Positions 1 through 8,821 of a stretch of 64,000 nt of DNA are shown here, one piece after another. The DNA comes from an uncultured virus (IMG/VR IMGVR_UViG_3300034065_000114). Lineage: Duplodnaviria; Heunggongvirae; Uroviricota; Caudoviricetes. The notes beneath the pieces were generated by a model that ran no database searches, was not told the DNA's origin, and saw nothing but the letters and a program-made list of their open reading frames with translations. A program made the translations under genes and the position numbers. How positions within the stretch are numbered: position 1 is the stretch's first letter; every line of letters starts with the position of its first letter. Location: the IMG/VR virus record IMGVR_UViG_3300034065_000114, positions 1-64,000 of that record; one strand, written 5' to 3'.

Positions 1-300
1 CCTGGACAGGTTGGCCTCGTACAGGTTGGCCACGGACAGGTTGGCCCCGGACAGGTCGGCCCCGGACAGGTTGGCCCCGGACAGGTTGGCCCCGGACAGG
101 TTGGCCCTGGACAGGTTGGCCTCGTACAGGTAGGCCCCGGACAGGTTGGCCCCGGACAGGTCGGCCCTGGACAGGTTGGCCTCGTACAGGTTGGCCCCGG
201 ACAGGTTGGCCCCGGACAGGTTGGCCCCGGACAGGTTGGCCTCGTACAGGTTGGCCCCGGACAGGTCGGCCTCGTACAGGTTGGCCCCGGACAGGTTGGC
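1..300. repeat. 15-bp degenerate tandem repeat encoding the pentapeptides
   Basis: About 20 units like ACAGGTTGGCCCCGG / ACAGGTTGGCCTCGT. Confidence 0.95.
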
Positions 301-378
301 CCTTGTACCACCCTCGCCCACCACCCACTTGCGATGCAGTTCCAAAATGTTCTTTAGTTCTTGTTGATCAATAGTCAT
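1..378 (-). CDS. Pentapeptide-repeat protein, truncated at the window edge
   Basis: Minus strand from ATG at 378 reads MTIDQQELKNILELHRKWVGEGGTR, then tandem A(N/D)L(S/Y)(G/E/R) pentapeptides to position 1. Absent from the ORF track because there is no stop in the window. Confidence 0.93.
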   Translation of the reverse strand, partial: MTIDQQELKNILELHRKWVVGEGGTRANLSGANLYEADLSGANLYEANLSGANLSGANLSGANLYEANLSRADLSGANLSGAYLYEANLSRANLSGANLSGANLSGADLSGANLSVANLYEANLSR

Positions 379-610
379 CGATCTCGATCCTCCACTTCTC
401 AATGATATTATCAAGCAGCTTTAGCTGCTCAGTAAGTGCCTCGGCGCGCTCGCGCTCTGCATAGAGCCGTTCATCCTCTGCCATCCTCGCGCATACCTTG
501 TCCGTCTCCTCAACTGCTTCTAGCAGAGCCTCTCGGCTAAAGCCCGCGCGCACCATGGTAACTACGCGAGCGTTGCCTTCGTTGCGTTTGGCGTCGATGA
601 GTTGGCTCAT
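368..610 (-). CDS. Hypothetical protein, coiled-coil
   Basis: 80 aa; overlaps both neighbours in the minus-strand gene train. Confidence 0.75.
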   Translation of the reverse strand: MSQLIDAKRNEGNARVVTMVRAGFSREALLEAVEETDKVCARMAEDERLYAERERAEALTEQLKLLDNIIEKWRIEIDDY

Positions 611-959
611 GGCTGAATCTTCCTCCAGAACTTTTCACGCACCAGTTGTGCCTCCTTCTCTTTCCGCTCCGGTGACAACTTCCACCATAGGTAGTCATCC
701 CGGCTGTACACGGTCGTCCACCACTCTGTCCTAAGATGCTTATCCCCGAATTCGCATTCCCTTTCACGCACGCCAGAATGGTAGAACGAGACGTACTGAT
801 GCTCCATGGGCCAACCGCCACGTCAAATCGCTGCGATAGCTCGGCTAGTGCTGCCTCAAGCTGATCGATAAGGTCGCACGCGGAATTAACCGTTTCTCGT
901 GCCGCCATGCTATCGAAATATCTGGCTGCTTTGCGCCACTCGTCGGTTTTGGTGGTCAT
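537..959 (-). CDS. Hypothetical protein; only the first ~50 aa look genuine
   Basis: ATGA-coupled start at 959, but the 3' part overlaps two other plausible ORFs. Confidence 0.4.
   Translation of the reverse strand: MTTKTDEWRKAARYFDSMAARETVNSACDLIDQLEAALAELSQRFDVAVGPWSISTSRSTILACVKGNANSGISILGQSGGRPCTAGMTTYGGSCHRSGKRRRHNWCVKSSGGRFSHEPTHRRQTQRRQRSRSYHGARGL
607..807 (-). CDS. Hypothetical protein
   Basis: 66 aa; ATGA overlap with the downstream gene. Confidence 0.6.
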   Translation of the reverse strand: MEHQYVSFYHSGVRERECEFGDKHLRTEWWTTVYSRDDYLWWKLSPERKEKEAQLVREKFWRKIQP

Positions 960-1240
960 GGTTCTACCTCAAAAAATTTAACGTCACCCTTGTCATACAG
1001 AGCATCAAGAATGTGAGGGATTGCATCAGTCAGGAACTGCGCAACTAGCACCCGGCTGGTGCATTCGTCATCCAGGTGCCAAGTGTCTTTCTCCCGGTTA
1101 TATGACAGGGTAATAGCGCCAAAACCCCATCCTTTGCGGCTGACTCCAATCTCGATGCCGGTGTAGCCTTCGTTGGAAAAGAATTTGATGTTTGTGGCAT
1201 CTGGGAATTTTTCTACTAGGTCTTGTAGTTTGCTGTTCAT
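956..1240 (-). CDS. Hypothetical protein
   Basis: 94 aa; ATGA overlaps at both ends. Confidence 0.8.
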   Translation of the reverse strand: MNSKLQDLVEKFPDATNIKFFSNEGYTGIEIGVSRKGWGFGAITLSYNREKDTWHLDDECTSRVLVAQFLTDAIPHILDALYDKGDVKFFEVEP

Positions 1241-1557
1241 TTCAGCGCGGCCTCCACGTCTCGACGATGTTCGTATAGCTCAGCTATCTCCTTTACCATG
1301 TCGCGCTGAATGAACCCTTTAGCGGCTTGCAAGATCTCTAGCCCTTCCGCTTGACTGCCGCGAAATTCAAATTTGCTGTCAGCGCAGCGTACAAAGCCAC
1401 GAGGCAGGTGCTCCGGCGGGACAGCACGATAATTATCAGACAAAAATCCTTTCTTATCGTAATAGTCGGCGGGCGTGATGAGGAAGTGTGTGATCCGCTG
1501 GCCGCCTGAAGTAAACCAATCTGGGTATTCAGTGTCGGGAGTGTAATAGTATTTCAT
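1237..1557 (-). CDS. Hypothetical protein
   Basis: 106 aa; ATGA overlaps. Confidence 0.8.
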   Translation of the reverse strand: MKYYYTPDTEYPDWFTSGGQRITHFLITPADYYDKKGFLSDNYRAVPPEHLPRGFVRCADSKFEFRGSQAEGLEILQAAKGFIQRDMVKEIAELYEHRRDVEAALK

Positions 1558-1874
1558 TTCAGCACGTCCTCCGCAGCTTGGTGAAGGGCGGTGAGGGCAT
1601 CGTCTAACGCTTGATCGCCATGAGATGGATCATCGCAATAAAACTGGTGTGCTTTGGCCGCCTTCGCGACGTTGAGCAGCGGCTCGGCAAGCTGGCGCCA
1701 AATGATGATGGCGTTTAGCTCGCTGTGGTTATAAACATTCATAAGGTCATTGCCTTGGTCTTGCGACATGTCGGCAGAATATATTTCGCCATCTTCATCA
1801 GATTCCCACGGCCCCGGCATCGCCGCCCGCGTCACCACCAAAGCCTCGTCAAGTAGTTTGGATAGTTCGGTCAT
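1554..1874 (-). CDS. Hypothetical phage protein
   Basis: Start moved to ATG 1874 (MTELSK; AAGGAG RBS; ATGA overlap); AMPGPW motif common in small phage early proteins. Confidence 0.75.
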   Translation of the reverse strand: MTELSKLLDEALVVTRAAMPGPWESDEDGEIYSADMSQDQGNDLMNVYNHSELNAIIIWRQLAEPLLNVAKAAKAHQFYCDDPSHGDQALDDALTALHQAAEDVLK

Positions 1875-2098
1875 GGCTTCGTCAACTCCTTTTGAAATTT
1901 CCACCGCTCCCATGCTTCTAACGCGCCATCTAGCTCATCCAACTCATGGCACAGGAGCTTAGACTTGGCACGGTAAGCTTTTGCCTTCTCCGCCACTTCG
2001 CGCAAAATCGTGATTACTTCTCCCGCCTCCGTGGCTAACTTGACTGCCATATCCATCTTGCCAAACAGCCTATCCAACGATTCGGTGATGTCGCTCAA
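1871..2098 (-). CDS. Hypothetical protein
   Basis: 75 aa; 4-bp overlaps with neighbours. Confidence 0.7.
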   Translation of the reverse strand: MSDITESLDRLFGKMDMAVKLATEAGEVITILREVAEKAKAYRAKSKLLCHELDELDGALEAWERWKFQKELTKP

Positions 2099-2454
2099 AC
2101 TTGTTTTCCTCCAATCTTCTTCACGAAGTCATCGAGCGCGCAGACCTTCTCCTTCGGCACGGAGTAGGACACCGTCTGGTGAGTTTTCGCCAGATGAATA
2201 CGTTTAAAATGTTGAACGAACGTGCCCGGTCCGGCCGCGGGCTCTTCCCCATCTGGGCCTTGCCAGCAGAAGGTGAAGTCGAGGTCTTCGAGGCGGACGA
2301 TCTTACCCGGGGTTCTGGCCGCGAAGCTGCCCTCGTGGGTGTTGTAGAGCTCTTCATCGACCTCGGCAGCTTCACCCTCCATATACCAATCGCCCTCTGG
2401 CAGAGGCCAGTGATTGTTGAGCACGTCACAGATGTCGTTGATGTTGACTTTCAC
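2095..2454 (-). CDS. Hypothetical protein
   Basis: 119 aa; GTGA overlap with the ATPase gene. Confidence 0.75.
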   Translation of the reverse strand: MKVNINDICDVLNNHWPLPEGDWYMEGEAAEVDEELYNTHEGSFAARTPGKIVRLEDLDFTFCWQGPDGEEPAAGPGTFVQHFKRIHLAKTHQTVSYSVPKEKVCALDDFVKKIGGKQV

Positions 2455-4187
2455 CCAACCTCCACTTTCAAAGAAAGGTGTTCCTGCCGCACATACGCCA
2501 GGAAATACTGCATGCCGCCCGTGACGTCGAGACTATCGACGAGGTCGGCGTTATCGACGAAAATGACCTTCGGTGCTTTCGCCCCCATGAGTTGGTTGAA
2601 CTTGAGACACAGCATAATGTCTGCTTTGATCGCCGCGCCGGTGGACAGTATCCCGTAGGGAATGCCATCTCCACGGGTGACGGATGTTCCTTCTAACGAG
2701 AAGGTATAACCGTCGATCGTGAGTTGCTCCGCGCGCAGCGAGAGCTCCTTTTGGGGGAGTCCCCCAATAGCCGCTTCGATACGTTCGTAGCGCTCGACTG
2801 CCAACGCCAGCGGCGCAGCCTTCTCAATCAACGAAGACATCGTGGCCGCGGCGCCCTCCTTCTGACGCACAGCATGTTCATACTGACCGACGGCGCGTTG
2901 GTGGGCTGCCAGTTGCTCACGTAGCCTGGATTCCTCCTCCGGAGAATACGGCGTAGTAGGCTCAACTGGTTGCGGGCCTACTTCCGGTGTCGGCCTGTCG
3001 ACCAACCCAGCAATGCGAACGCGTAGCTTCTCTGCCGCAGCTGCCCTCATGGCGTTAGCCAGCTCAACAGCCCGACGCTGCTTGGTATTCTCCTCCTCTT
3101 CTTTACGAAGCAGGGCAATGCGCCCGGTGATGTCCTCGTTGGCTGCGCGAATAGCCGTCAGTTCCTCCTCGTATTTTGATTGGATCAATGCCGTGTCCGC
3201 CTTGACCTTCTCCCGATGCTTCGAGCCAACGACTTGGCCGCAGCAGGGACAGCGGTCCCCCTCGGGCAGGTTCAGTAACGCTGGCTTGGGCGGCAACGGT
3301 TGAAGCCCCGCGGAGAGTTCGTCCTTCTTAAGACGATGGTCGACAACCGCGGGCACCGGCTGGATCTCTATCAAAGCGAGCTCCGACTCAGCCGCGGCGC
3401 GCTCCGACGCAAGGTTGTCGTTCCACGCGTTGACCTTGTCGAACTCAGCGACGGCTGCGTACCAGGCAGCGCGGCGATGCTTGTAGTCGTGCCACAGCGC
3501 CGCGCGCTTAGAGAGGACCTCTAATTGCGCAGCAGCACCACACGGCGGCGGCGCGACGAGCTCGGCCTTCGCCATGACTTCGCACGTCGTGATCTGCCCT
3601 GCGAGCTTCGCGTACTCCGTGGCCACCGTTCTCCGCGTAGCGGATACCGCGGATGCGATAAGATCAGGCCGGCGGTTGAGGTTGCCGATCGTGATCAGGT
3701 CGTTCTCGTCGAGTGCAAAGCCCACTAGTTCTTCGAGCAAGGCTCGACGATCTAGTGGGGGTAACACTTCGTTGAGAACCGCCCGACGCTTGTCCTCCGT
3801 CAACGTCATGAAGTACCCAGGCAGGAACGACGACAGGAACAGGTCTGGGGACGCGCCTAGGGCCTTTGAGAGCTGTTCCTGGCTGCAGGGGGTCCGAACC
3901 CCGTTGCGGATGATCGAGAGCGCAGGAGTGCCCTTTCTCTTGAGCACACGGGATATCGTCGTGCCCTTGTCCGAGGACACTTCGACCTTGAGGCCCTCGG
4001 CTCCATGAGAAATGAAGTGTGTGGGGTTTCGCGCACCGGTGGAGTCAGTTCCCGCATAGGCATAGCAGATGGCTTCCTTGATGCCGGACTTGCCCGCTTC
4101 GTTACGACCGAGTAACCTAGTTACTGGCCCAAACTTGTGCGTGGCGCTCTTTCCTCTGAAGTCTTCGATAGTTAGCTGCGTTAGCAT
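2451..4187 (-). CDS. Rad50/SbcC-like (gp46-like) SMC-family ATPase
   Basis: Walker A GRNEAGKS, long coiled coil with central CPCC zinc hook, signature-like LSTG, Walker B VIFVDNAD. Confidence 0.88.
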   Translation of the reverse strand: MLTQLTIEDFRGKSATHKFGPVTRLLGRNEAGKSGIKEAICYAYAGTDSTGARNPTHFISHGAEGLKVEVSSDKGTTISRVLKRKGTPALSIIRNGVRTPCSQEQLSKALGASPDLFLSSFLPGYFMTLTEDKRRAVLNEVLPPLDRRALLEELVGFALDENDLITIGNLNRRPDLIASAVSATRRTVATEYAKLAGQITTCEVMAKAELVAPPPCGAAAQLEVLSKRAALWHDYKHRRAAWYAAVAEFDKVNAWNDNLASERAAAESELALIEIQPVPAVVDHRLKKDELSAGLQPLPPKPALLNLPEGDRCPCCGQVVGSKHREKVKADTALIQSKYEEELTAIRAANEDITGRIALLRKEEEENTKQRRAVELANAMRAAAAEKLRVRIAGLVDRPTPEVGPQPVEPTTPYSPEEESRLREQLAAHQRAVGQYEHAVRQKEGAAATMSSLIEKAAPLALAVERYERIEAAIGGLPQKELSLRAEQLTIDGYTFSLEGTSVTRGDGIPYGILSTGAAIKADIMLCLKFNQLMGAKAPKVIFVDNADLVDSLDVTGGMQYFLAYVRQEHLSLKVEVG

Positions 4188-4214
4188 CTCGTCCTTCCTG
4201 GTTATGGTAATTCT

Positions 4215-4500
4215 CCACCGGAATCCGAAAAAGACCTCACAGTGAACAAATAGGTGTATTTGCCAGTAACACTAGAGTGTTACGACAAATCCCCCGGCTC
4301 ACGGCACTCCGTGGGACAGAAGGGGGGTTATGTGGAAATAAAAAATATTGATTCACGTTGAAGAAAAATATCTGAGTCTCATATGTGGGTTCTATTCATA
4401 TATATAAAAGTGAGTGTCTAAAACACTTTTATATATATATAATAACACTACTCTTTCTTGACCTCACGGCCTCACATGAGAGCCCTGTGAGTTCCGGTGG
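4215..4500. other. Structured AT-rich intergenic region, candidate replication origin
   Basis: 15-bp inverted repeat at 4398-4412/4424-4438, 8-bp inverted repeat at 4266-4283, flanking inverted repeat CCACCGGAA/TTCCGGTGG, recurring CTCAC/GTGAG. Confidence 0.45.
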
Positions 4501-4515
4501 TTCCGGGTGGAATGC

Positions 4516-4944
4516 CTACTTTTTAGACTCCTCGATCTTCTCAAGACTCTCGTCCAGGGTCTCAACCGCCTTCTTGAACTCCTCAGTACAGGGTTGATGC
4601 CCCGCTGCCGCTTTATTGATCAGGTCATCAGCTTGGTAATGTTTATAAAGTTGTTTGGCCATTTCACCAGACAGAACACCGGTGGCTACTAGCTGTACTA
4701 CGGCGTTCACCCCGATCTCGGTCATCATCCTTCCCATGTCGTAAGGTTTGATAGCCATGACCTCGGCTGTAGCCTTTGCCGCAAGCACCTCCAGCATCTT
4801 GATTTTGGTAAGTGTTGTGACCGCGCTGATCGCCACGTTTGGGTGCTCGTAGTGAACGGCCTTGTAACTCTCGACGATATCTGGTAGGGCGTTCTGGACG
4901 GCGGTTACTAGCAGTAATTGGATCTGTTCTGCCTTGCTCTGCAT
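4516..4944 (-). CDS. Hypothetical protein
   Basis: 142 aa; GGAGGT RBS. Confidence 0.8.
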   Translation of the reverse strand: MQSKAEQIQLLLVTAVQNALPDIVESYKAVHYEHPNVAISAVTTLTKIKMLEVLAAKATAEVMAIKPYDMGRMMTEIGVNAVVQLVATGVLSGEMAKQLYKHYQADDLINKAAAGHQPCTEEFKKAVETLDESLEKIEESKK

Positions 4945-4964
4945 GGTGGATTACCTCCACACGT

Positions 4965-4972
4965 CTTATACC
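4965..4972 (-). promoter_or_regulatory. GGTATAAG putative promoter (-10-like)
   Basis: Same 8-mer upstream of five minus-strand gene starts. Confidence 0.6.
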
Positions 4973-5568
4973 TGATTGTTGAGGAACCGTCTGTACTCTG
5001 GCATAGTCATGCTGAGAGACCCACCTGGGTCTTGCTTGCGTTTAGGAGCGACCTCGTCATGCCCAAGGACATTGTTGAAATCAAAAATGCCGTTGCCGTT
5101 GGCGTGAAGCCATTTGAGCAACGCCAAAAGCGACGTCTCCTGCGCAGCTGTGTAGATCTGATACGCGCCGGGCGTCTGGTTCTTCCCGTCGGGGACGAAC
5201 TGGCGGACTTGCTCAGGCGGGACGGCGACGTTGAACCAGGTTTCATGGACGCTGTTAAGTATGCCTGCGCAGGCAATTTCAATCCCGACAAGCCTGCTCG
5301 ACAGCCACTCCCCGAGCCCCGGCCATGAGCTCTCCCCGCAGTGGTAGCCCCAGTGGTTGAGCGGGTGCGCCTGGTAGACGACGCCGGCAGAGTCGATCAG
5401 CATGTAGGCGAAGTCGTTCCTGATCCCCAGCATGATGTCATCGTAGCCGGGACGCTGGACGCCAGCGGTGTAGTGAACGATCGCGCCTTCTGGGTAGCCT
5501 TTGGGGTAGGTGCCTTTGGTGGGCATCGGGGTAGCTAGACGCGTCGCGCTGGGGTACCACAATTCCAT
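4966..5568 (-). CDS. N-acetylmuramoyl-L-alanine amidase (Amidase_2, T7 lysozyme/AmpD-like), putative endolysin
   Basis: IVHYTAG, WGYHCG, VGIEI and GHDEVAPKRKQDPG zinc-amidase motifs; AAGGAG RBS. Confidence 0.92.
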   Translation of the reverse strand: MELWYPSATRLATPMPTKGTYPKGYPEGAIVHYTAGVQRPGYDDIMLGIRNDFAYMLIDSAGVVYQAHPLNHWGYHCGESSWPGLGEWLSSRLVGIEIACAGILNSVHETWFNVAVPPEQVRQFVPDGKNQTPGAYQIYTAAQETSLLALLKWLHANGNGIFDFNNVLGHDEVAPKRKQDPGGSLSMTMPEYRRFLNNQV

Positions 5569-5623
5569 GTTAGCTCCTTAACCTTTAATTTGGGTGACCA
5601 AAGTAAAGGTTATCCTAACAGCT

Positions 5624-5650
5624 AAAAAGAAACCCGGCATGTGCCGAGTT
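5624..5650 (-). terminator. Putative intrinsic terminator
   Basis: CGGCA/TGCCG stem followed by a T-rich run on the minus strand. Confidence 0.55.
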
Positions 5651-5665
5651 CCTTTGGCGCGGCGC

Positions 5666-6067
5666 TTAACCCCAATAAGAGGTTATCCGCCACTGAACGT
5701 CTTCTTCATCGAACCCGAGCACCCTGGCGAGTTCCATCATGCGCGGGCCGGTGGCCTTTACGATCTCGATCATGTCCGTCGTCTTTACGATGAGCGACTC
5801 CCCGCGGTCGGCTTCCCAAGGTTTGTGCCCGGTGATAAGCCAGTGCACCTCGTCTTTACCGCAGGCGCTCGTGAAGTAGATGCCCTTCTTTGCCAGGTCA
5901 CCCCAGTAAGGAATGACCTGATCCTCTAAGGTTTTCTCTAGTTCCTCTTCATCGACCTCGACGTCGATGATCCTCGCTAGCTCAGTCCAAACCAGCTTCG
6001 GGTTGTTGTGCTCGTCCGGCACGAAATACAGCCCGTAACCATAGATGCCATTTGTTGCAACGCCCAT
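5666..6067 (-). CDS. Hypothetical protein
   Basis: Start moved to ATG 6067 (MGVATNG; TAATG overlap; GAGG RBS). Confidence 0.75.
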   Translation of the reverse strand: MGVATNGIYGYGLYFVPDEHNNPKLVWTELARIIDVEVDEEELEKTLEDQVIPYWGDLAKKGIYFTSACGKDEVHWLITGHKPWEADRGESLIVKTTDMIEIVKATGPRMMELARVLGFDEEDVQWRITSYWG

Positions 6068-6267
6068 TACAGCCTCAAGTAAGTTGGTAGTTGGTTCCTC
6101 AAATCCTCGCATTTCTTTCTGTAGACCTCGGCCATCTTCGGATCCCCGTCGAGAATGCACCGCAGCTCATAAGATTTGTAGGTACAGAACGCTCTGAGCG
6201 TCCTGCCAATCTCTCTAAGCTCTTCGGGGTTCTTGCACTGACCGAGGCGATCTATAAACGGACGCAT
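6067..6267 (-). CDS. Hypothetical protein
   Basis: 66 aa in the gene train. Confidence 0.65.
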   Translation of the reverse strand: MRPFIDRLGQCKNPEELREIGRTLRAFCTYKSYELRCILDGDPKMAEVYRKKCEDLRNQLPTYLRL

Positions 6268-6740
6268 AGCTTTGCCCTCAGATCGTCGATCGTGCTGACC
6301 TTCGGCATCGGAGCCTTGAACGTCTTGTTCAGCCAGTACTCAGTGACCTTGATCGGTTTGAGTGTCAGTGGGTCAAGCTTGTTCGTCGTGGTGGTCAAGC
6401 ACAGCCAGTGGGTCTCCGGCCGCCGCGCCATCGCGTAGCGGAAGAGGCAGCCGAGCATGATCGCCGCGTCCTTGCCAGTGCCCACGATCTTTGAGATCGA
6501 GTCCCACAGGGCGACTACGTCTTTGTGCGGGCGCACACTGTCGTAGCCCCACATGATCCCGGCCTTGGTCCAAGCAATGCGTTCTACCAGCGCCGCGTCA
6601 ATACCGGTATTGATGTGTCGCATTACATTGCGTCTGTCCGCCGGCGAGTTGTTACGCTCGTGGGCCTCGACGTAAATGTTGCTTGTAATACCAGGAGTGA
6701 TGAGACGGCTGCCGCCGCCTGAAACGTCATACAGTGACAT
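6252..6740 (-). CDS. Hypothetical protein
   Basis: 162 aa in the gene train. Confidence 0.75.
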   Translation of the reverse strand: MSLYDVSGGGSRLITPGITSNIYVEAHERNNSPADRRNVMRHINTGIDAALVERIAWTKAGIMWGYDSVRPHKDVVALWDSISKIVGTGKDAAIMLGCLFRYAMARRPETHWLCLTTTTNKLDPLTLKPIKVTEYWLNKTFKAPMPKVSTIDDLRAKLCVRL

Positions 6741-7179
6741 TGTTGTCTACCCCAAGTGCCCGACGGCACAGTCCTCGCATCATTGAAAGAAACCCCTCCT
6801 CGTGGCATTCCCAGTTCCACCCAACCTTCTTGGCGGTGGTGAAGAAACCGCCACCTGGGCCACCGATGCCCTTATAGCCAACGAACACGCACCACAGAGG
6901 CCCGCCGCTCGCCGTGTTCAACTCTTGGAGTTTGAACAGGACTTGGTCGACCACCCGCCGGTCTATACCTAGTAGCTCGCGAAGGTCGTAGTACGTCACG
7001 AACTCGCGGCCACTTGCCACCTGAGCTTGGATGTACTTTTGGGTAACCTCCGCGGCAACCTTGAAGAGATCTTCTCTCATCCCCTTAAGATCGCTCATAC
7101 TGCGCCGCCTCAGCTTCTCGTACATCCTGAAGTGGAGGCGAATGCTATCTACAAAAAGCGGGTCAATGCTTATTTCCAT
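6727..7179 (-). CDS. Hypothetical protein, possible winged-helix/ATL-like DNA-binding fold
   Basis: VTYYDLRELLG...PLWCVFV...PGGGFF pattern. Confidence 0.55.
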   Translation of the reverse strand: MEISIDPLFVDSIRLHFRMYEKLRRRSMSDLKGMREDLFKVAAEVTQKYIQAQVASGREFVTYYDLRELLGIDRRVVDQVLFKLQELNTASGGPLWCVFVGYKGIGGPGGGFFTTAKKVGWNWECHEEGFLSMMRGLCRRALGVDNNVTV

Positions 7180-7510
7180 CCTTATCCCCTAAGCTCTTTA
7201 GAACGATCTTCTGAATGGCCTCGATGCTGTTCTTCATTACCTGCACCATCTGCACGTCGGCGGGGCCCACCTGGATGAACTCTAGGGCTTGACCGACATT
7301 ACCTGCCGCTGAGCGCAGGTCGTGGAAGTCCTTGCGGGACAAAAACATCCCCTCGTCAATCGCTTCGTTAACCGGGTCATCGACCTTGCACTTGAGACGC
7401 GCAAGGCGATGCTCTTCTGATGAAATTTGGCCTTGCACGTACAAGGCCGCTAACTGGTAATTGAAATCCGGCGGGGGCTTGGCGATAAGTTCTGCGAGTT
7501 CCGTGTCCAT
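7163..7510 (-). CDS. Hypothetical protein
   Basis: 115 aa; AAGGA RBS; first gene after the GGTATAAG motif at 7566. Confidence 0.75.
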   Translation of the reverse strand: MDTELAELIAKPPPDFNYQLAALYVQGQISSEEHRLARLKCKVDDPVNEAIDEGMFLSRKDFHDLRSAAGNVGQALEFIQVGPADVQMVQVMKNSIEAIQKIVLKSLGDKDGNKH

Positions 7511-7565
7511 GTGTTGTCCTTTCAGACATCTAGTGTTAGCGAAAGGTCTTTATAACTCCATAATA

Positions 7566-7573
7566 CTTATACC
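7566..7573 (-). promoter_or_regulatory. GGTATAAG putative promoter
   Basis: Intergenic, ~55 nt upstream of the 7510 start and just after a terminator. Confidence 0.65.
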
Positions 7574-7607
7574 AAATTTGCTCTTCCCATTGGCTCAGCC
7601 AATAGGT

Positions 7608-7644
7608 AAAAGAAAACCGGTGCAGCATTGCTGCTGCACCGGTT
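7608..7644 (-). terminator. Intrinsic terminator
   Basis: 13-bp perfect stem AACCGGTGCAGCA/TGCTGCACCGGTT, then a T-rich tail on the minus strand. Confidence 0.8.
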
Positions 7645-7658
7645 AAGGGAGAACAACC

Positions 7659-8564
7659 TTAAGGGACTTCGGCGTAGTGAAGCTTGCCGAAAGGAAATGT
7701 GGCGGGTAGCGTTGCTTGCGTGGCCATTGTCAGCGCACCAGTAATAGTGGTGGCTAAGGCCGCCTGGCAACCATTGTTGTAGTAGGAGTTGAAGGTCTTG
7801 CTCGTCGCAACAACTTCAGAGCCGGTGGTCTTCCACAGATGCGTACCATCATAGAAGCCGGTGCCAACAGGGATATCCGTAGGAGGGGCCTGCGTACCAC
7901 CGTTGCCTGAGTAGTTAGCTGCATAGCAAGTTCCAACGCAGTTGGTGGTGGTGAACATGCAAGTACCGTTATTGGAAGAGGCCCCGAAGTAAACCTCCGC
8001 GCCGTCCCACTCGCCAAGAGCCAGCTCTGTTTTGAAGTAGGTGCCGTCGGCCAGCATCATCGTGGTGTAGCCACTGTTGTCGGAGGCGTCAATCACGTAG
8101 CCGATGAAGGTGCTGGCAGCGTTATACAGGCCGATGTAGCCGGAAGCACCAGCAGCGCCGGCCGCTCCAGTGGCACCGGCAGCGCCGTTGGTGCCGTTGG
8201 TACCAGCAGCGCCCGCAGCACCGTTGGTGCCGTTGGTACCAGCAGCGCCCGCAGCACCGTTGGTGCCATTCGTACCGTTCGTGCCCGCAACACCCTGAAT
8301 ACCTTGGATACCCTGAGCGCCGTTCGTACCTGCAGCACCAGTTGCGCCGGTCGGGCCAGTAGCCCCAACCGCGCCGTCGATGCCGTTCGCGCCGGTTGCA
8401 CCAGTAGCGCCTTGCGCGCCCTGCGGCCCTTGCGGACCAACTGACGGAGTAGCCGACGGATCAGCAGCGCTAACCGCTGCGTTGACCACCGGGCTAGGAG
8501 TTGAATTGCTAGGAGCAGTACCACAGGCCGCCAGGAAGGCGGCAGAGAAGATGACGTTCTTCAT
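7659..8564 (-). CDS. Collagen-like (Gly-X-Y) lipoprotein
   Basis: MKNVIFSAAFLAAC lipobox, ~33 G-X-Y triplets, C-terminal globular domain with four Cys; GAGGT RBS before ATG 8564. Confidence 0.88.
   Translation of the reverse strand: MKNVIFSAAFLAACGTAPSNSTPSPVVNAAVSAADPSATPSVGPQGPQGAQGATGATGANGIDGAVGATGPTGATGAAGTNGAQGIQGIQGVAGTNGTNGTNGAAGAAGTNGTNGAAGAAGTNGTNGAAGATGAAGAAGASGYIGLYNAASTFIGYVIDASDNSGYTTMMLADGTYFKTELALGEWDGAEVYFGASSNNGTCMFTTTNCVGTCYAANYSGNGGTQAPPTDIPVGTGFYDGTHLWKTTGSEVVATSKTFNSYYNNGCQAALATTITGALTMATQATLPATFPFGKLHYAEVP
8185..8267. repeat. 36-bp exact tandem repeat within the collagen region
   Basis: CCGTTGGTGCCGTTGGTACCAGCAGCGCCCGCAGCA twice plus a partial copy. Confidence 0.9.
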
Positions 8565-8581
8565 GGCGTACCTCATTTAGT

Positions 8582-8821
8582 TTATTGGTTTTTAAGACGA
8601 TCGATTTCTTCTTGCAGAGCGGCATTGCGCTCTTCCAGGATTTTGACTGCGAACATTGCTGTATCTGCTGCGCGCTTGGCAGCATCTTTAAGCTTGGTAA
8701 CCTCTGCCAGCAAAGACACTCCGCGAATATTGAGGCGGAGCTCTATCTGACGGAGCTCAACCTCGCTTAGTGTGTCGATGACGTCGAACAAATCGAGTAG
8801 AACTTGTTCGCGGCTTTTCAT
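8582..8821 (-). CDS. Hypothetical coiled-coil protein
   Basis: Start moved to ATG 8821 (MKSREQ; ATGA overlap). Confidence 0.7.
   Translation of the reverse strand: MKSREQVLLDLFDVIDTLSEVELRQIELRLNIRGVSLLAEVTKLKDAAKRAADTAMFAVKILEERNAALQEEIDRLKNQ

Noticed and set aside
1..300. Tandem repeats as a CRISPR array, and the plus-strand ORF 146..367
   Set aside because: 15-bp period with no unique spacers; fully explained by the minus-strand pentapeptide gene
537..959. Programmed frameshift joining the 959 ORF to 607..807
   Set aside because: No slippery site seen; simple overlap or a decayed gene is equally plausible
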